Origin: Candidatus Pacearchaeota archaeon
GTDB taxonomy: Archaea; Nanobdellota; Nanobdellia; Pacearchaeales; GW2011-AR1
NCBI GenBank assembly: GCA_026395815.1
Contig: JAPLXZ010000012.1
Span: 487-64,486, forward strand
DNA length: 64,000 nucleotides
Reading direction: 5' to 3'
Part shown: positions 49,701-55,586 of the stretch, one piece after another
Position numbering within the stretch: the first letter of the stretch is position 1
Layout: every line of letters begins with the position of its first letter
Position numbers and translations under genes: made by a program
Notes under the pieces: generated by a model
Told to the model about the DNA's origin: nothing
What the model saw: the letters and a program-made list of their open reading frames with translations, nothing else
Database searches by the model: none

Positions 49701-50253
49701 ATCTGTTAGTTCTCTTGTTTCAATGATTGAGAAAAGCAAAAACTTTTTTAGAATATATCCAGAAAAAAGCAAGGGAGGAGATATACTTATTACTGGAAGC
49801 GTATGTAATATCTTTGATTCTGCTTCAGTGTTAGAATATGTTTCAGATGATTCTAGTGAGATTAATGGGCAAGCTATCCCATTAGTTTCAGAGATAAGCA
49901 ATGGGATTTATGTTTCTAGAGCGTATAGGTATGTTGGAGATTTAAGTGAGACAGAAAAAAACAGGCTTCTTTATGTTACTCAAGAAGTTCCTGGGTTATG
50001 GGATTTAACTAGTGCTATTCAAGAAATCGACAGCGGACCTGGGGGAAGTTATACCGCAAATAAAGTCTTTGTAGACCAACTGATATTTGATGGAATTTTA
50101 ACAAAAGCAGATTGTGAATATATGAGAGGAATAAATACTATCTTTGGAAGTTTAGGCGGTGCACTACTACAGAAAAATATGAATGACCTTAGAAAGCTTT
50201 TGCTTCAGAAATGCTTATATGATGAGGCATGCAAGAAAAATTATTCTTCTTAA
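43735..50253 (+). CDS. giant (2172 aa) secreted Cys-rich protein with C-terminal tandem papain-like (NlpC/P60- or CHAP-like) modules
   Basis: The 6.5-kb ORF is uninterrupted. It has a Sec-type signal (KKIQLGVLLLIVIVLSSICISA) and a Cys-rich hydrophobic core at about 47314-47715. C-terminal module 1 (48967-49490) has Cys1777 (NVCTRFV) and His1855 (TQHIIIF). Module 2 (49579-49945) is homologous but lacks both residues. Confidence 0.7.
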   Translation: MKINKKIQLGVLLLIVIVLSSICISATYMSSNPQYTQYNVQGSGTFDSSMCQAGTDFIIQIAHFGCTPAVVRDDLLEEQDVPVFCQIAATQINPLIDVEAIDSISFSGQYPPIVKGIGFHPASAALGVQNDLNTPILSNIGYVVILLRKQTNTSAIPNFVIGNLTAKIKYDVKNTLGVGSALFYLPEFENEEEWISKKSQYGFWNGKGYLRAEDISSNGATISVYNDAREIASVNLQKGETSEKIAIPGFECTASLRLKLGGLENPDTRAQLRINAEVIEVGKGEKFLENKCQVKDLSKRGLVQRVILKCQEDTGTKTFSLIISPRLSFTINGEEKEVGLGDYLYDKDSSKKVFLGYIGTKGNSNNPEELGVYLVALPRTSMAALSEAELSSITSLGDLINSQAASSGIIDITSSAIKSVAGLVNQLSRYITSGQEIYRLYQGDEQIVFGREVSFSGFADAQDIELDSSVTEYYNNAKEDYETIRESYSTEPYNEKASFGEEALYNEIVLAWDASQKITVLDLCAEFEDSYPNSEKKKEIEGYCKNNYGLSNQENAAKQVTINGVNKEITFDRISEPNLDEYGVHIQVSSSKGNDGYDLKKNQIIYLSSSSNDFIQLISADDNSASIKVSVATSTAGQIIELEKDVMKKRGDYSLTLTQVNLKKLAKVSVIPGYENAGTEAKFGFKIGIEKRNVVLVPEKIREKIINITAQINKWQNYSDSIGKGVEALKSACLVTGAALVVKNFLANVGGMGIARQQIMRGVGGWFKKCDALVASGNYISQDDCLLKNSDQIDKDVKELNNILGQQNSNIKELEEGITKQQFLTESVVDTKQFMKRYILSVTTYLNNNLETTIVDPSGKGEPINKADILSILSYANWEEGKYTKEQLRDIELYARMMEDASASQELRDIANARLYSVLSDVMENSANLVQTTNWASSLGVPPSKTNFIEVGGNVRREPYQGLKISDIGMNINGFSSDTPIALVSTSDGRRYIIVLDDSSGLPQIPIMRTSDNKLAIYDSLGAFVENPPVELTKLYFEKFDSTTYQNQYKNPQLRYYETEPYKGLPAIVPFDLKKGWYAATKQTLPVGGNIQSYDASGRVSSFYLCNVGPDGLEENIGGNDICQMINTGTGMPYNVFPGLSETEAKKYVDCGVSAIEQASRAYKSGISGTIKISTSCGTVNPTVGSPAVDTPQMECQDFMSPKECLLLFNLCDPVICPSSRCDLGGAYPVKDVIQSGIIGSLVLCLPNIREGIVIPVCLTGVKAGIDGLLSVMTSYRDCLQESLDTGKMVGICDEIYSIYMCEFLWKQALPIANLIIPKMIEILLGQNVRGGGEYLGVANAWSAAEKSINYFTQYYGANSMKAFQARTTEGLGTEICKVYVSGVYPEGGNLLDTLVQPDSPPQFHGRFDEIPFTSATVPSISQYKVFYHIYAGKDSGVYYKVYLAGIPGSSYYQDTSETLIVASGYVAVGSYATETKDFTAPSGYKELCINVNGQEECGFKEISTSFAVNYIEDLYLQEQANQTDIQTEAECISGTASAYSLLNPNTEAAAEELINPAIYNEGIIRICATLSPGKGTDPYYGTEDARWKRVGYCGDETMKCWLDTQSVEDVIITTTVEGETLEDVTDSYLDILQNEEGYLSEEQFESNVTKIKKEDDPSKRINLINGILEKVFLNNEKAELLLLRGNAYYEIMRIVLSRVIVEKEKTLPEIISTATPTENVTESSITTLPEIPEELAPEPESAIGLKIWQTAKNYAVSGWDEYRVLSSGAEEYTNVCTRFVIRVMIKAGVTTPRIVDVSVKSGTKELKDTYTPLENMDSLIPIFTTSNDFVEVGVNKLERGDIVMFGFGTEKTQHIIIFDSYTSDGKYINGYGDPGKPPITTVFGANNNKVQLEKYPIKSSNSNELYFYRAFRYTGDLSAEEKAKEEAAAVTHTETPVEEPPTVTETSMSKKILQTSINLRAQGSTGSSVQFVSKVLIGAGVQGITSTSSVSSLVSMIEKSKNFFRIYPEKSKGGDILITGSVCNIFDSASVLEYVSDDSSEINGQAIPLVSEISNGIYVSRAYRYVGDLSETEKNRLLYVTQEVPGLWDLTSAIQEIDSGPGGSYTANKVFVDQLIFDGILTKADCEYMRGINTIFGSLGGALLQKNMNDLRKLLLQKCLYDEACKKNYSS

Positions 50254-50308
50254 TACTTAAAAAATAATCAATTCTAAAACTTTTTATACTAAATGTTTAT
50301 TGTAAAGT

Positions 50309-50437
50309 CATGGCTCGCAGGCCCACTCGCTAATTTGGCGCAAGGCTTGTGAAATGTGGAAATAATGAGCAATGTAGAGAACTTTATCTTATGAAATAAT
50401 GCGGAAGATAAATCTGCGCACGTTTCTTCGAGCCATG
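50309..50437. ncRNA. candidate structured RNA element (relatively GC-rich, closed by a 9-bp helix)
   Basis: CATGGCTCG (50309-50317) pairs with CGAGCCATG (50429-50437). An internal helix CAGGCC/GGCTTG needs a G-U pair only if read on the + strand. The segment is visibly more GC-rich than its flanks. No known family recognised, and the strand is uncertain. Confidence 0.25.
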
Positions 50438-50519
50438 CGGAAGATAGGATTCGAACCTATGCAGGCACTAAGCCAACAGCTCCTAAGGCTGCTCCATTTG
50501 ACCACTCTGGCACTCCCGC
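50436..50519 (-). tRNA. tRNA-Leu(UAG), class II (long variable arm)
   Basis: Hand fold: acceptor GCGGGAG/CTTCCGC, 3-bp D stem CCA/TGG, anticodon stem GCAGC/GCTGT, loop CTTAGGA, variable arm with GGC/GCC, T arm ATAGG-TTCGAAT-CCTAT. Confidence 0.85.
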
Positions 50520-50880
50520 TTAAATAGAGATATATATTTCTCTTTAAAAGATATTCCATAATAATTCTTTTTATACTTTTTGTGAGTCCATTTATCTTTT
50601 GATACAGGTATTCCTACATCATTAAACATTTGGATTAAATCTCTCCATAATCTCTCACTTGCAGTTGAAAGTCCAAAACCCCCTCTTCTTTTTCCTCCTT
50701 CTGTTGCCATTATCCCCTTTAGAAAAGCAATTTTAATATTCTTATTAGCATTATTAATATAAATTGGGGCAGAAATAATATCACTTTTTTTCCCTCTGGG
50801 AATATTAAAATATAATTCTAATATTAAATAAATGTTTCGTTGCCTGTCCTGTTTATTTAACAGAATTTTTTAATTCAGAA

Positions 50881-51801
50881 TCAGTCTTTTTTGCGCGTTT
50901 CTTTTTCTTTGATCTTATCTTCAAGTTTTAATTTTTCTATAAGCTCTTTGTAACGATTTCTTATTGTCACTTCTGTTATTCCTGCAATATCCGCGACTTC
51001 TCTTTGAGTTTTTTTCTCGTCGTTCATTAAAGCAGCTACATATAATGCAGCAGCAGCAATTCCTGCAGGACCTCTTCCCGAAGTTAATTCAACTTTTTCT
51101 GCTTGTCTTAAAACACTTAAAGCATCATTTTGTGTTTTTGGAGAGAGTTTTAATACAGAGGAAAATCTTGAAATATAGTCCTTTGGAGAACTTTGTTTTA
51201 CTTTAATTCCAAGTTTTCTTATTATGAATCTGTATGTTCTTCCTATCTCTTTTCTTTCAACATCTGATGCTGTTGCCATTTCATCCAATGTTCTTGGAAT
51301 ATTATAACTTCTGCAAGCAGCGTATAAACAAGCGGCAATAACAGATTCCATGCTTCTTCCCCTTACAAGCCCTCTTTGTAACACATAATTGTATATCCTT
51401 GAAGCTTCATCCCTTACTACATTAGGCAAGTTTAGATAAGATGCAATAACTCTTAATTCAGCCATTGCAAGCCTCAAATTCCTTTCAATGCTTGTCGAAA
51501 CTCGTTCCTGCCACTTTTTCAATCTCAAAAATTTTCTTGTTTGTCCTGGTTCAAGCTTATAGATATCAGAAATCTCTCCAACATTGGTTGTAAGTCCCTT
51601 GTCAAATTTTTGCATGCTTATAGGAGCTCCACCTCTTCCTTTCTTTTCGTCTTTATCAAATTTGCCTTGTAAATCCATGCCACTATCAGCCATTTTTTCT
51701 TCAATGACTAAACCACAATCATTGCAGATAATCTCTCCAAGATGAGAATCATAGGTTAAATGAACACTTCCACATTCTGGGCATTTTTTTACAAAACTCA
51801 T
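50881..51801 (-). CDS. tfb: transcription initiation factor TFB (TFIIB)
   Basis: N-terminal Zn ribbon CPECGS...CNDCG, two cyclin-fold repeats, and a C-terminal HTH (REVADIAGITEVTIRNRYKEL). Confidence 0.9.
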   Translation of the reverse strand: MSFVKKCPECGSVHLTYDSHLGEIICNDCGLVIEEKMADSGMDLQGKFDKDEKKGRGGAPISMQKFDKGLTTNVGEISDIYKLEPGQTRKFLRLKKWQERVSTSIERNLRLAMAELRVIASYLNLPNVVRDEASRIYNYVLQRGLVRGRSMESVIAACLYAACRSYNIPRTLDEMATASDVERKEIGRTYRFIIRKLGIKVKQSSPKDYISRFSSVLKLSPKTQNDALSVLRQAEKVELTSGRGPAGIAAAALYVAALMNDEKKTQREVADIAGITEVTIRNRYKELIEKLKLEDKIKEKETRKKD

Positions 51802-51907
51802 TTTAACAGGTTTTTATTAGAGATAAAAGTATGTTTTTCGTAAGGTTTATAAACCTTTCCTATATATAAAACTTTTGTTTTTTATCGCTATGGTTTAATA
51901 GTGAAAG

Positions 51908-52282
51908 TTATTGCTTATTTGGCTCTTCAATAAGAATTCCGTTGACAATTCCTTCCTGAGTAGGACGATTTGTTACTCTTACTTTTCCCAAATCTGTTAG
52001 AAGGATTGTTCCTTTTGTTATTATATTTTGTCTTGCTAAGAATCTATTTGAAGGGGTTTCTAAGACATTTTTAATCTCTGCTTTTTTGTTCTTTTCTTTT
52101 CCTTGTATATTCACAAATTTTGCCCCTAACAAATACAATTTTATATTTCCACCTGTTACTTTCTTAATTTTTCTTTTTTCTGTTCCTAATCTGACTATTT
52201 TTCTCTGCCCAGCTAATTCAAAAGCTTTCTTTTTTCTATTTCTAATATATTTTCCACCAGTGACTTTTTTACCTTTATTCAT
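51908..52282 (-). CDS. rps8e: 30S ribosomal protein S8e
   Basis: KKVTGGKYIRNRKKKAFELAG...VTGGNIKLYLL...NIITKGTIL pattern. The start is moved to the internal Met (MNKGKK) at 52282. Confidence 0.75.
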   Translation of the reverse strand: MNKGKKVTGGKYIRNRKKKAFELAGQRKIVRLGTEKRKIKKVTGGNIKLYLLGAKFVNIQGKEKNKKAEIKNVLETPSNRFLARQNIITKGTILLTDLGKVRVTNRPTQEGIVNGILIEEPNKQ

Positions 52283-52384
52283 AATAAGATTGCTGATTTT
52301 TTGTTTAAATATCTTTCCTTCTTCTTCAAACTTCAATTGAATGAGTGGCGAAACTTTTATAAACAAACTCTAATGAATTAAATT

Positions 52385-52636
52385 ATGGTTAACGGTATTG
52401 AGCGACCTTTAGATTTGTTAAATAACTCAAAGGGCAAAGAAGTTTTAGTTTATTTAAAGGGAGACAAGCAATTTGTCGGAACCCTTTTGGCTTTTGATAT
52501 CCACATCAATTTGGTGTTGGATAACATAAAAGAAATGCAAAATGGAGAAGTAAAAAGAAATCTTGGATTAACCTTTTTGCGAGGAGATACAATAATTTGT
52601 ATTTCTCCAGCTTCAACTGCATTGAAAAAAGAGTAA
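52385..52636 (+). CDS. Sm-like archaeal protein (SmAP/LSm)
   Basis: Sm1 (VLVYLKGDKQFVGTLLAFDIHINLVL) and Sm2 (LTFLRGDTII) motifs. Confidence 0.8.
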   Translation: MVNGIERPLDLLNNSKGKEVLVYLKGDKQFVGTLLAFDIHINLVLDNIKEMQNGEVKRNLGLTFLRGDTIICISPASTALKKE

Positions 52637-52687
52637 GACTTCTAACGAATTAATAAGTTATATAAATGTTTTCTTACTGATAAGTAT

Positions 52688-53578
52688 ATGATTAAAATAA
52701 TTTTTTTAGGAACTTCAGATGCAATACCTGACGCAGAAAGAAATACAACTTCAGTTTTGCTTATTTACAAGAATGAAAATATTTTGATAGATTGCGGAGA
52801 AGGAACACAAAGGCAATTCAGAAAATTAAAATTGAATCCGTGCAAAATAACAAGAATTTTGATTACTCATTGGCATGGAGACCATGTTTTGGGCTTGCCA
52901 GGATTATTGCAGACATTAAGTTTTAGCGGGTATAATAAAACTCTTTTGATCTATGGGCCAAAGGGAACAAAAAATTTTATGAATGCTCTTTTGAAAACTT
53001 TTGTTTTTCAAGGAAAATATAACATAAAAATTGAAGAAGTTGATGGCAAATTCTTTGAAAATGATGATTTTTATTTAGAAACAGCAAAAATGAGCCATGG
53101 TATTCCCTGCAATGCTTATAATTTTATAAAAAAAGGGCAATTAAGAATAGACAAAAAGAAACTTGAAAAAGCAAAACTCCAAGGCCCAATTATTAAAAGA
53201 TTAAAAGAAGGAAAGGATGTTATCTACAAAGGAAAGAAGTATCTTGCTAAAACTTTGACATTTAGAGAAGGAGATAAAAAAATTTCTTTTGTTTTTGACA
53301 CTTCTATAAACAACAACATCGTTCCATTTGCAAAAAATTCTGATTTATTGATTTGTGAATCTACTTTTAATTCAGAACTTGAAGAGAGAGCAAAGGAATA
53401 CAAGCATCTAACAACAAGGCAAACAGCAGAAATAGCAAAAAAATCCAAATCAAAGAAGCTTGTTTTAACTCATCTTAGCCAAAGATACACTAAAAATATA
53501 AAAAAGATTTTAGAAGATGTAAGGAAGATTTTCAAAAATTCCTTCATAGTAAAAGACTTTGATGTTATTGAAGTTTAA
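52688..53578 (+). CDS. rnz: ribonuclease Z (tRNA 3' endonuclease, metallo-beta-lactamase fold)
   Basis: ILITHWHGDHVLGLPGLL (HxHxDH) and C-terminal LVLTHLSQRY. 296 aa. Confidence 0.8.
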   Translation: MIKIIFLGTSDAIPDAERNTTSVLLIYKNENILIDCGEGTQRQFRKLKLNPCKITRILITHWHGDHVLGLPGLLQTLSFSGYNKTLLIYGPKGTKNFMNALLKTFVFQGKYNIKIEEVDGKFFENDDFYLETAKMSHGIPCNAYNFIKKGQLRIDKKKLEKAKLQGPIIKRLKEGKDVIYKGKKYLAKTLTFREGDKKISFVFDTSINNNIVPFAKNSDLLICESTFNSELEERAKEYKHLTTRQTAEIAKKSKSKKLVLTHLSQRYTKNIKKILEDVRKIFKNSFIVKDFDVIEV

Positions 53579-53584
53579 TGAAAA

Positions 53585-53659
53585 CGCCCCGGACAGGATT
53601 TGAACCTGCGACCCCTGACTTAGAAGGCCAGTGCTCTATCCAGGCTGAGCTACCGAGGC
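53585..53659 (-). tRNA. tRNA-Arg(UCU)
   Basis: Hand fold: acceptor GCCTCGG/CCGGGGC, D arm GCTC..GAGC, anticodon stem CTGGC/GTCAG, loop CTTCTAA, T arm GCAGG-TTCAAAT-CCTGT. No intron. Confidence 0.85.
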
Positions 53660-53732
53660 ATATATATTAGTCTTATTCAACAAGCTTTAAAAGTTTTGCA
53701 TTCCATTACTTCCATGTAAAAAGAGTTAAAAC

Positions 53733-54800
53733 ATGAAAAAGAGAGTTGAAAAAGTTGCAATAGTTAAATGCAAGAATTATAATGAAATTGAAGTTGAAAA
53801 AGCAATTTCAAAAGCCTTATCTTTAGCAGAAATAGAAATTCCAAAAAGAAAAAAAGTTTTGATAAAACCAAATGTTGTTGGTTTTTTCGATAAAAATCAG
53901 GAAGCAATAACAACTCATCCTTCTATTATTGAAGCAATATGCAAGATTTTAAAGAAAAACAAAAATGAAATCTTTATAGGTGATTCAAGTTTTACTAATC
54001 CTGAAATTGCATTTAAAAAATCAGGAATTGAAGAAGTCGCCAAGAAATATGGAAAGTTGATTATTTTTGAGCAGGATAAAATTATAAAAGTAAAAGATAA
54101 AGACGCTAAAGTTTTGAAGAGATTTCATCTTCCTAAGATAATAAAACAGGCTGATTTAATTATTAATGTCCCGAAGCTTAAAACACATCAGCTTACTAAA
54201 TATACTGGAGCCATAAAAAACCTTTATGGTTGTATTCCTGGAGGGATGAAGCAGAAATTGCATATGGAAGCAGGAAATGCAAAAAAATTTTCTAAATTAT
54301 TAGTTGATATTTATCAGAATATAAGACCTAAAGTTAATATCATGGATGGAGTTGTAGGGATGGAAGGAAAAGGTCCGACTTCTGGAAAACCAAAAAAAGC
54401 AGGTTATATATTAGCGTCGAAAAACACGATAAGTTTAGATGTTGCATGTGTGAAACTTATGGGTTATAAGCCTAAGAAAATCTTGGCTATAAAGGAAGCA
54501 ATAAAAAGGAAACTTGGAAATTTAAAATTTGATTTGAAAGGAATGAAAAAACTTCCAAATTTACATTTTGAAAAACCATTTGTTCAAGAAAAATTATCAA
54601 AAAAGATTTTGAAAATGTTCAAACAAAAACCCATAATTGTTGACAAGAAAAAATGTATCAAATGTGGACTTTGTGCGAAAAAATGTCCTGCTCAGGCAAT
54701 AAGATTAAATCCATATCCTGAAATTGACAAGAAAAAATGTATAAGATGTTTTTGTTGCATGGAAGTTTGCCCACAACATGCCTTGAGTTTAAAGGAATAA
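53733..54800 (+). CDS. DUF362-domain protein with C-terminal 2x[4Fe-4S] ferredoxin motifs
   Basis: INVPKLKTHQLTKYTGAIKNLYGCIPG is DUF362-like. The cluster motifs are CIKCGLCAKKCP and CIRCFCCMEVCP. Confidence 0.7.
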   Translation: MKKRVEKVAIVKCKNYNEIEVEKAISKALSLAEIEIPKRKKVLIKPNVVGFFDKNQEAITTHPSIIEAICKILKKNKNEIFIGDSSFTNPEIAFKKSGIEEVAKKYGKLIIFEQDKIIKVKDKDAKVLKRFHLPKIIKQADLIINVPKLKTHQLTKYTGAIKNLYGCIPGGMKQKLHMEAGNAKKFSKLLVDIYQNIRPKVNIMDGVVGMEGKGPTSGKPKKAGYILASKNTISLDVACVKLMGYKPKKILAIKEAIKRKLGNLKFDLKGMKKLPNLHFEKPFVQEKLSKKILKMFKQKPIIVDKKKCIKCGLCAKKCPAQAIRLNPYPEIDKKKCIRCFCCMEVCPQHALSLKE

Positions 54801-54845
54801 AATGTCTAAAAGACTTTAAATATCATCTTTTTTTAATCTGTCTAT

Positions 54846-54918
54846 GCGGAGGTGGCACAGTGGCTACTGCATTCGCCTGCAGAGCGAATATTCGTGGGTT
54901 CGATTCCCACCCTCCGCT
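54846..54918 (+). tRNA. tRNA-Cys(GCA)
   Basis: Hand fold: acceptor GCGGAGG/CCTCCGC, anticodon stem TTCGC/GCGAA, loop CTGCAGA, T arm GTGGG-TTCGATT-CCCAC. The discriminator is U, as expected for Cys. Confidence 0.85.
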
Positions 54919-55058
54919 TTCAATTTAAATGCTAATTGAGTTTGTTAAACTGAAAACCTCGGCCCTCCGCTTTTACTTTTAAGAATTTTATATCTGTGAG
55001 TAACCATAAAAAGTAAAAGCCTCGGCTCCCCGCTTTGATTTTTTGTTAATTAAGAATT

Positions 55059-55586
55059 CTATTTTCCAAATCCAGAACAATAATCTTTGTAGATTTGTGA
55101 ATATTTCTCTTTAAGATTTCCATACTCTTCTCTTATTCTTTCATTCCCTTTTTTATATTCTTCTTTACTTATGTATCTCTTTTCATATGCTCCTTTTAAA
55201 GAAAAAACTCGTAACTTAAGGTTTTCAACACTACTAACAATCTCTCTTGACTTTGCGTCTAAACTTTTAATCTTGTTTTCTGTCTTTTCTAAATTATTAA
55301 CAAGTCCCTTAAGAGACATCAATCCGAGTAATACAAACATGCTTGTTAGTGTACTGAGTGTTAGGCTTATTAATTTTCCTGCAGAAAACATAGATTCTAT
55401 GTTTATTATTCTTCCAAGAGTATAAAATATTGCTGGAATAGATGAAATTAAAAAGAGTATCAATGCATTTTTTAATTCTCCTGTAGTTTTTTTTATAATC
55501 TCTGTGCATATAAGAATTCCTATGAGTATTATAAATAATCTTATTATTGCTACTGGCAGTTCTAAATAATAAATTGCAAATTCCAT
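55059..55586 (-). CDS. membrane protein with C-terminal coiled coil
   Basis: About four N-terminal TM helices followed by a heptad-rich K/E tail. It is the last gene of the same-strand surface-protein cluster. Confidence 0.5.
   Translation of the reverse strand: MEFAIYYLELPVAIIRLFIILIGILICTEIIKKTTGELKNALILFLISSIPAIFYTLGRIINIESMFSAGKLISLTLSTLTSMFVLLGLMSLKGLVNNLEKTENKIKSLDAKSREIVSSVENLKLRVFSLKGAYEKRYISKEEYKKGNERIREEYGNLKEKYSQIYKDYCSGFGK

Noticed and set aside
50483-50710. A 75-aa ORF runs into the 5' half of tRNA-Leu on the same strand. I considered an SSV-type split integrase fragment (int(N)) marking an integrated element.
   Set aside because: No integrase motifs are recognisable. SSV-type int fragments overlap the 3' (att) part of the tRNA, not the 5' part. 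The last 12 codons are simply the tRNA sequence. It is probably spurious or an unrelated short peptide.
54969-55020. I considered the 12-bp-stem hairpin downstream of tRNA-Cys as an independent sRNA gene.
   Set aside because: It is AT-rich with a 28-nt loop and sits between convergent genes. A terminator or attenuator role, or an att scar, is as likely. It is reported only as part of the repeat finding.
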